64,000 bases of DNA, taken from positions 96,288,001 to 96,352,000 of the forward strand of contig CM052817.1 of the NCBI GenBank assembly GCA_028534125.1, read 5' to 3'. Every line of letters begins with the position of its first letter. The stretch's first letter is position 1. Origin of the DNA: Lama glama. Taxonomy: Eukaryota. The notes beneath the pieces were generated by a model. The model did not search any database. It was not told the origin of the DNA and worked only from the letters and a program-made list of their open reading frames with translations. Below, in pieces: positions 55,941 through 64,000 of the stretch. Both the position numbers and the translations under genes were made by a program.

Positions 55941-56489
55941 TCTGGACTACCAAAAAAATAAACAGAAACGGCATTTTAAAGAATAAAACTTTCAAAGAGT
56001 CTTTTAAGACATTATTAGTGATCCATAGTGAGTCATCTGAGCTGAGAATGCCCCTGCGTGTGGAACTATAGCTCTGGTGTTCGGGAATAAAGCTCGGTGA
56101 GTGAATTCTGCAGGTAGCTTCCCTCATTATTTTCTTCTCCTCTCTGCCTTTCGGCCAATTTATTACTTGTCTGCATCTCCACCAGCAAGTTGATAAAGGA
56201 GAAAATCTGATAAATGAACTGAAGATTCAGACAATTCGGAGCTTTGGTATGAGTTTTGTTAATGGAGCTGGCTGCAATTAAAGAGTGAAGATTTTTAGAG
56301 CAGCTGTGGATTTCAAATACTCACACTTTGCTTTCCTGTTATTATTAATAATTAAAAACTGTTCATACTTTGCTGTTTTCTAAAAACTTTCTCACTCACA
56401 AATAAAGGCTTCGAAGTGATAAACGCTAAGAATGATCTCAACAAAGAGACAGAGGCCCTGAGGGAGCACATGACTCTAATAATGTATAA

Positions 56490-57068
56490 ATCACTAAAAA
56501 TGCAGTGGTTTAAAAAAGATTGTTTAAAAAGGAATCATTACATTATCTTTCACATTTTACGCGGGTCGGGAATTAGAAGACACACGGGGATGGCTTTTCT
56601 CTACTCCACGAAGACTGGGGCCTCTGCTGGGAAGACTCAGAAGCTTGGAGGTAACTGAATGGTGGGAAACAGGAATCATCTGTAAGTATCTTCACTCATG
56701 TATCTGGAGGTTGATGCTAACTATTAGCTGGGGCCTCAGCCGGGGCTGCCTGCCAGGATGTACATGCGACCTCCTCACATGGCTTAGGCTTCCTCACACC
56801 TTGGAAGCCCCAGACTTCTTAAGTGCAAATCAGGGCTCCAGAGGCAAGTGCCCAAAGAAAAGCCAGGTGGAAGCTGTATTCCCTTATAAGGTCTGGCTTT
56901 GGAAGTCACATAGCATCTCTTCCACTGTAAAAATAGGCCTGCCCAGATTTAAGGCTAATGAACATAAACACTTCTGTTGATGGGAACACATCAAAGTCAC
57001 ACTGTAGGAGGAACATGTGGGATGGAAAATATTGTTGTGGCCATCTTTGGGAAATGCAGTGTGTCACA
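56490..57068. mobile_element. MaLR LTR (older MLT1-type)
   Basis: gcagtggtttaaaa...ggaatcatctg...cttcactcatgtatctgg...ctcacatggcttaggcttcctcac...ggaagtcacatagcat. Boundaries approximate. Confidence 0.7.
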
Positions 57069-58572
57069 GTGGACAAAGTAAGAACAATAACGAAAGTGGG
57101 TCTATAAAATCAAGTTATCGAAAACTTACTGCAAAGAGGAAGAGGTGTGGGCATGATGCTGGTGGACTTAGAACAGAAAAATTGTCACACTTTGCAAGGG
57201 CTTTCAGATGCAAAAGAACCCACCTTCTACGTGTTAGAGAGGCATCTAAAAGGCCAGAGCCTCTTGATTCCACCAGCATCATGTCTGCCAGATTTGACCT
57301 CTACCATTAGTCTCACAAGCACCTGGAAGGCTTGTTTCAGGTTTTAAATCACCTATGTCTAGTAGTTACTAGCTCTGTGACCTAGGGAAAATCATCATCA
57401 ATCTGAGCTTTAAATAAATTCAACACATATTTATTAAGCTACTATTTGGTGCCAGTTACTGTTCTAGGTGCTGAAGATGCAGCAGTGAAGAAAAAGACAA
57501 AAATCTCTGGCCTCACAGAATTTACATTATAGGATGGATGTGGTGGGGAAACAGACAATACCCAAATAAGCAATATACATACAAGATGAGATTACGATAG
57601 GATCAGTAGCTAAAAATACATCGTTTGAAATTCAGTGTAGAAAGGGGTAGTCTTCTGTTTCTGAAAAAAAGATTATTACCCCAGCGTGGAAATAATTATT
57701 TGCATAATTAAAGAGAAAATTCTAATGGACATCAGGGTCATACTTTAGATTTAATACAATATGAATATTATTACCTAGGTTATCAGAGCATGATATGATC
57801 CACGAAACATTAGGTCTACTTATTTTTATACAGTTATAGCTTTAAAGTACCCAGTCCAAACAGCTAATGTTAGTCCTCTCCTCCAAAATAATTAGAAACA
57901 TAATGTTTTATTCATCATAACTTTATAATATAGTGACTTAATTCTTTTGTATTTAAAAAATCATTTTTCTGATCAGATATTATATCAAATCGTTCAGTTA
58001 ACTGCTTAACCAGAACTTACTAAATGGCAAAATATTGTGCAGAACATGTGGTAAGAAGGTGTAACTAATATAGGGTTAGATCTTCTCATGCACAGGTTTG
58101 AGGGGGCAGCAAAGGCTCCCTGGACCTACCTCTCATGGGCCTATGTCAGACAGCTGTGAAGACTCTGTGTTCCAGAGCCCTCTAATGTTATGGAGCAAAT
58201 CTGAGCCATCTCAGTTCTTAACCCAGACCTGTCTGTGCCTATGGATTTTGGAAGGGAGAGAAAATAATGCCTGTGCTTGCTTCAGTCCAGGGGTTCCTTC
58301 CTTGGCCAATTAAGACTCTGTTCTGAGAATCCCCACTTTGCTTAACAAGGGCACTGAGGCAAGGGTGATCTCTGCATAATTGCAGAGACCTTTGAAAGGT
58401 TCCCCAAGGAACTTCAAAAGGTGAAAAAAGTAATTTTTCCAAATACTAGGAAGACCCACCCAGTGACTTGTACACAGACACAGGGGAGACCGAACTCCAA
58501 AAACTCTGACCTAGCACCCCCAAACTGATCCAGCTGGTGATTTAAAATTTATCCTTACCCAGGCGGGGACAT

Positions 58573-58667
58573 GGAGGCAAGAGTAATAGCTCAATGGTAG
58601 AGCACATGCTTAGTATGCATGAGGTCCTGGGTTCAATTCCCAGTACCTCCATCAAAAAAAAAAAAAA
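58573..58667 (+). mobile_element. tRNA-Ala-derived SINE (Vic-1-like)
   Basis: atagctcaatggtagagcacatgcttagtatgcatgaggtcctgggttcaattcccagtacctcca followed by poly(A); homologous to the copy at 3735. Confidence 0.85.
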
Positions 58668-60707
58668 GTCCTTATTGATGTTCACTTGGGTTAGACTCTT
58701 TTTGCTAGAAAATAAAAGCATCTAATGAACTCATATGCAAATGTGATACACGGAGAGGAACACATCTCCTTTGTTACGCAAATCAACTGTGATTTTTTTT
58801 TTTCAAAATCTGAGTCAACGTTTCCAACCATTAAAGTTTCAGCTGCCAGTTCCTTCATTTTGCTCTCCTCTGATCTGAGAACATTAGCAGCAGGAGCACC
58901 TTTACTCTTAAATTTAGTTTAATGTAAGTATTGCAAGCCCTGCTGGCAAGCCTCAAGGCACAGCTCTGAATAGGGGGCGGTCAGAGCTGAATGATAAAGT
59001 GGAAAAAAAGTTATTAACTGTGTGGCGGAAAAAAATAGCCCTTAACTCATCTATGGTGGAAGTTTAAGCTCAGAGTTAGGGTGAAAGTTGACAGGCTCGC
59101 TTTGCTGTTCTGAACCCTACATCCTCCCTGCCTTTGTCCACTGGGAAAGGGGGTTTTGTTTTTCACAATCAATACATGGCTACATGAAAGTATTTTGTTT
59201 TACACAATAGGTAATGTGTGAACTGAGCTTTATGACACATATAATATTTGAAATGCATCATCAAAGACGTAAAGGGATACAGTAACAATTTATTTTCTTA
59301 TCTAAGTAACCACCATATCTTTTATGTTCTATTAAGTTCAGTCTCATTTATGCTGAATTTTCTTAAAGTGGGAAGTAGCTGCATCCTAGCATCTAGCAGG
59401 GGAAATGAGTGAGAAAAAAACGCAGGTATGCTTAGGCACCTGTCATTTCAGGCTAAAATTATACCTGTTGCGTGAAAAAAGCCTTTTGCAGTTTGTTAAG
59501 GTGAGTTGTATCACTTCCCTGGTTTGATCCAGTGTTCCCAGCTCCTGGGTGAGCTCCAGCCAGGATGAATGGGACTAGTGCTGGGGGTGACTGATCTGGG
59601 GGTGACTGATCTAGGTCTGAAGCAGAAATGGAACACAGCATCCTCAACAGTGACACTTCATCAGGGTTCTCTTAGCTCAACGCCACGGAGGAAATCACAT
59701 AAGATGGGTGCGGCTGCAGGTAGAGGAACGGTTCAGATTCAGGTGCGTAAGGGAGGATGATGAGAGGCACTTCTCTGGCTGGTACCAAAATGAATGGAGC
59801 CCCAGGAGGTTAGGGTGAAGCCGTCTGTTAGGGAACTCAGAGGCAGCTCCCCTAGTGCTACCAAATGGGCAGTGCTACTTTGTGGCACCACAGGTGCTGA
59901 GACAAAGATCAAAAGGCTGCCTGAAGCCATTCTACTGTTGGTATTCAGAAGAGATTGGGTGGAATTCTTTGATCTCCTGGTTGGCGCCGGTATCACAGTT
60001 ACAGTCTCTAAGTTTGGCCCCCACGTGCAAAGACAAATGAGAATGGAGAAATACAGGATGAAAGGTTTGAGAGGGGTGCATAAGGCTGAATGTGTCCCAT
60101 GGTGTGAGTTTAAGTTTCTGGCCCCTAAGTAAAATTCTTCAAAGAGTAACCCCGTTGCCCACGATCCCCAGAGATACCCTCATCAGGAAACACAAAGGAA
60201 GGGGAGGCTGAGAGTTGTATAGACAGAGGCTACTTGGGGAGTGACTATGTCTGAGGCTGACCACTGTCTCCAGAATTCAGTCACTTTGGGGTAAAAGCTG
60301 ATATGTGAGAAATAAAACCAACAAACCACAGCAAGCAAATGTATCATGTGTCATCAAGAAAGTTCAAAATGAATACGTTTTTACTATCAACAAAAGCACT
60401 TATAAGAATTAGATCTTTTCATATTATCATAAGCTCTTTTACTATGAAAGTTTAAAGAAAACTACAGAAGAAATATCAATAATTTGCTCCTGAAAAGAGT
60501 AAAAGAAAATCACATAAAATAGAATCAGTAAATGTTTATCCCTTGTATCATAATTTTTGGACATTTCTAGCATTTGGTAATTAGGTAGGTTGTTAAATAA
60601 AATAAATAGAAATCACACATTTCCTACTAACTGACTTTATGGATGATTAAATCAAATTTAAAGCTGGAAAAAGTGTTTGAAGGCAGGCCACGTTTCATTC
60701 GACTTAC

Positions 60708-60754
60708 ATTTGGAGATTACTGCTGAAGGTCTCTCCAGGCTTACAGACTTCAGC
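60708..60754 (-). other. TTC29: Candidate non-coding 5'-UTR exon of TTC29 (47 nt)
   Basis: Long polypyrimidine tract and acceptor (tttctctcctctcttttgctactattctttgcttcctgatttttag|GCTG), donor CCAAAT|gtaagt, no ATG. Lies between the CpG island and the first coding exon. Confidence 0.65.
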
Positions 60755-61396
60755 CTAAAAATCAGGAAGCAAAGAATAGTAGCAAAAGAGAGGAGAGAAA
60801 AGTTAAAAATTGGTTAAGAGAATAACCCCTTCCTGCTCCAATCATAGAATAAGATTTATTCATAAAACAAACGCCAGGTACTTACTACGTATTTAGAAAA
60901 AAAAAACCCAGCTGTAATAGCTGAATTATTATGTTAATGATTAAAAAAGCAAACCATAAAAAAAAATCCCAAAGTATAGCTCCTATAGGAGAAACTAATC
61001 GCTAATTCAATGAAAGGCCAATACATCTAAAATATGTGTATGTAGTGACAGATTCTCATACAAACGTGACTAAGGGACCATTTGATCTCTCAAACGGGGT
61101 TATCTACCAAAATCGAGAGCACCCCAGCTCCTTTTGTGCTGTTACTTAGTTCTGAACAGGACTAATCGATTTATTGCTACTCCTGTTTATTTTTCCCACT
61201 GCCCTCACAGCGTGAACTGGGCGGCGGGCGGGTAGAGAGCCTTTCCCGGCTCCTCCTATTTATTTCTTGAGGTAAAAGGTGAGGGCCTTGGCTCAGGAAG
61301 CTTGACTCTCTAGCCGTCTGCTGAGGAAGGTCTGTGGGGTCCGAAGAGGGACCGCCTGGAAGAACAACCCGTCTCTTCCAGGACTTTGTCACGAAC

Positions 61397-61545
61397 CTCG
61401 ATGGACTGGCCCTGGGGAACAGCTCTGGTTTTCCGTTCCGCCGAAGTGCGTCCCCCACCGGTGGCACGACCCGGGCGCCGGCGCTGCCGGGTCTTTCCGC
61501 GCTGATTCAGACCCCGCGCAGCCCGCGCTGAGAGGACGCGAGAGC
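61397..61545 (-). other. TTC29: Candidate non-coding exon 1 of TTC29 (5' end approximate)
   Basis: CpG-rich, immediately downstream (minus sense) of the X-box, GC boxes and CCAAT. Candidate donor CGAG|gttcgt at 61397/61396; no ATG. The TSS cannot be determined from sequence, and an alternative donor CCG|gtgggg near 61459 is possible. Confidence 0.4.
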
Positions 61546-61559
61546 GTCTCCAGGGATAC
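61546..61559. promoter_or_regulatory. RFX X-box motif
   Basis: GTCTCCAGGGATAC (reverse complement GTATCCCTGGAGAC) is a 14-bp imperfect palindrome resembling the X-box consensus, in the proximal promoter of a cilium/flagellum gene. Confidence 0.65.
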
Positions 61560-61660
61560 AGAGGGGGAGGGGCGGGAGGGCAGGGGCGGGGTTAGGCTAA
61601 ACCGGGGCTCCGGATTGGGGCAGCTTCCAGGCTCCCAGGCGCGGGGGCGGAGCCCTGAGG

Positions 61661-61712
61661 GGGCGGAGCCTCTTGGGGCTGGGCGGAGCCTCTTGGGGCT
61701 GGGCGGAGCCTC
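61661..61712. repeat. 20-bp tandem repeat (GGGCGGAGCCTCTTGGGGCT x2.6) carrying Sp/KLF GC boxes
   Basis: Exact copies at 61661-61680 and 61681-61700 plus a partial copy at 61701-61712. Confidence 0.9.
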
Positions 61713-62919
61713 CAGATCTAGCAGGTTTTTTCCGCCAGACCGCTCTCAGAAGTTAGACTGCTTTCAGAAATTAGTTCACCTAACCCAAGGGCCTCAAGTT
61801 TGCCGCCCTGAATCATTTCCTTCGTGGCAATATATTCTCAATATTTTGCAACGTTTCCCTGTCGTCCACTGATTGATGAAAAAACGCTCACCTTGGCATT
61901 CAAAACACCCAAGACCCGAAGCCAATTGTTCATGCTGGAGAAATCATTCATTCTCATCTTCCTCAGCCTCTGTGGCAGTCAGAACCATCTCCCTGCCCCA
62001 CGTAAACACCTTTCCCAATCCTGTCTCCAGAGAGATAATCCAAGTTTGAGTTGTGAGCTAAAAACTCAAGGTCTTTTTCACACTCTCCCTGCGTCCTGTC
62101 CATATATATATATATATTTAAATTCTTACCCCAAACTCTCGATTTTATGTTTGCAACGACTTAACGCCAGCCTCGTTAATCCCAGCCCACGATTCCATCC
62201 CTTCTCTCACATGCAAGTGTAAGGACGTGAGCGTCCTTGCTCATTGTCTGGTACAGATGGAGGGAAAAAGAGTGAGACTTGCTGCTTATTACTCCTCAAA
62301 TATAGATGTGCTGGAAAGTGGGGCTTTTATTCATGCCTACTGTCACAGCCTGCAGGAGAGTGAGCTAGCAATACTGTTCACGCCAGTCATTCTATTAACC
62401 AAAAATCGATTCTGTTCAGAGTACAAGCATAACAACCATAACCACACTTCCATTCCAACATCCAATTTGCTGCAATAAATTGCTAAATGATTTCCACCGA
62501 GGAAGGGCACATTACATATTCAATTGATCACTGTGACTACCTGTGACTGGGCTCTCTGTGATCTCTCACATCAGTAAGGTCCATTCTGTTCTCATGAACT
62601 CATTTCCCACTTTCCAGCAGCTCCTTAACACAACTCCACTGTGACCTGTGTGAATTCTGTGCCAGTGCTCCTTGCCTTTTCAGCTTTGAGGTCTGTGAAT
62701 TCCATGCACCTTCCTTTATGCATCAGTGCTACAGATGTCAATCCATATTTAAGAAAGAAGAACTAGATGTCTGGTCTGAATTTCTTCTATCTGTTGTCTA
62801 AATAGGACTGTTTTTCTCCAAGTTTCCTCCCCTAGGGAGAATTTTCATAGTGAATGAGGCAGGCAAGTCACGTCTCCTTGAGTTTCTTTTCGGGTTAGAG
62901 CTTAGGGAACCAGCTGTCA

Positions 62920-63045
62920 TGAGTGAGATTGCTAGGTCATATGGTAGTTCTATTTTTAATTTTTTGAGAACTTCCATATGTTTTCCATAATGACTGTACC
63001 AATTTGCATTCCCATCAACAATGTACAAGGGTTCCCTTTTCACCC
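62920..63045 (-). mobile_element. L1 ORF2 C-terminal fragment
   Basis: Track ORF 62798..63043 [40 protein letters not shown] is L1 ORF2-like. Confidence 0.8.
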
Positions 63046-63529
63046 AAGGGTCTCATATACTCCACCACATAGCCAAAATAGGCTATGTAACCAGGCAAAA
63101 CAGGTGCAGATTATCAATCCACATATTTTTAATAAGCAATGTAGACAAGCTAGTCCAGAGTGCTTTCAGGGGATTTTCAGACTTTAAATAGCACATTCAA
63201 TGTCACTAGCCAGTACATTTCATTCGTATCTTGGCTGAGGGAGAGCACCATGGCTCTAGGTATCCCTGGAGTTAAAGAAAAGCTGCCATGGATCAAGCTG
63301 CAAGCTAACCCCACACTTCCCTACCAAAACTGTAAATCAAAAGTAGTGCTGAATCACTGATGGAATCTCAGACTTGAAAAACTTAAGAGTGATAATTCTT
63401 CGTATATTTCCATTTAATACACTGGTTTAGTTGGACAAAATAGATTTGTGTTTTGAAGAATGAAAAGTTAATCAAATGGTAGTTCTCACTGCACTGCTGT
63501 TCTAACCAGAGCCCTCTTGCTGGGGCACC

Positions 63530-63735
63530 TGGTATATGGCACATAATCCCCTGATCTTACATTTTGATTAACAGACAACAAACAGAAGCAATTTGCCTTT
63601 ACCTAGCAGGGACAGCAGTGCACTTTTATTTTTTAACTCAGTAATCTGTCAACTCTGGATCTTTGCTGCAATTTAATTCACAGGGACCTTAATTATCTTA
63701 CCATCTCACAGACTGTCAGGCTAGATCACCGCACT
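63530..63735 (+). mobile_element. ERVL pol (reverse transcriptase) relic
   Basis: Reads KQKQFAFT*QGQQCTFIFLTQ*SVNS, matching the ERVL RT motif QKQFAFSWQGQQYTFTVLPQGYINS in decayed form. Confidence 0.7.
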
Positions 63736-64000
63736 CACAGGTTACCTGATACAATCTGGAGAACAAGAAATATCAGGCACCCTCCATGCCTTGGCACTAT
63801 AAATACACGCCAAAATGAATGATGTACGTCTTGTGAAAATACAGGAGTCTCTCCCCTTGGTGAAGTTTGCGATGGGGGGTTAGATGGATGGATACTACAA
63901 TGGAAAGAATAATTTGCTGAAAATGTACACACCCAACCAAAATGTTTATTTGCTTATCTTTGGATTTCGGAGTCTGATGAGAATTATGGTCTCTCATCGT

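Larger units (their letters stand above)
61200..61760. promoter_or_regulatory. CpG island / TTC29 promoter
   Basis: The only strongly GC- and CpG-rich block in the window. Contains multiple GGGCGG boxes and ATTGG (CCAAT on minus) at 61614-61618, upstream of the first coding exon on the minus strand. Confidence 0.85.

Noticed and set aside
55807..56127. 106-aa minus ORF over the first coding exon
   Set aside because: Wrong frame relative to the TTC29 ATG at 55940 and runs through both splice sites.
61177..62222. ORFs in and beside the CpG island as a divergent gene
   Set aside because: Expected stop-codon scarcity in GC-rich DNA, non-ATG starts and no recognisable domain.
1..64000. CRISPR arrays, operons, rRNA or other prokaryotic-type systems
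   Set aside because: None seen; the sequence is mammalian intronic and promoter DNA with no regularly spaced repeat-spacer structure.

Overview
AT-rich mammalian genomic DNA, most likely a camelid (two tRNA-Ala-derived Vic-1-like SINEs; I saw no Alu, Bov-A or PRE-1 SINEs). The window holds the 5' part of TTC29 (tetratricopeptide repeat domain 29, a sperm-flagellum/motile-cilium gene) on the minus strand. It includes a CpG-island promoter at about 61.2-61.8 kb with GC boxes, a CCAAT box and an RFX X-box, candidate 5'-UTR exons, and four coding exons (55849-55940, 53934-54017, 18361-18584, 13364-13549). These splice in frame to the first 195 codons, and the gene continues beyond the left edge. 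The introns are full of L1, L2, MIR, MaLR/ERV LTR and DNA-transposon relics, and nearly all other ORFs in the supplied track are chance or repeat-derived. Most worth following up: (i) an unidentified ~3.1 kb decayed coding-like segment at ~6450-9560 with an internal 16-bp direct repeat, a candidate retrocopy or endogenous viral element; (ii) a cryptic or degenerate alternative 5' exon at 58130-58238 carrying uORFs; (iii) a small inverted and internally deleted L1 insertion at 5426-5688. I found no prokaryotic-type system (CRISPR etc.) and cannot claim a new biological system from sequence alone. Repeat family names come from recall of consensus sequences, and boundaries without TSDs are approximate.
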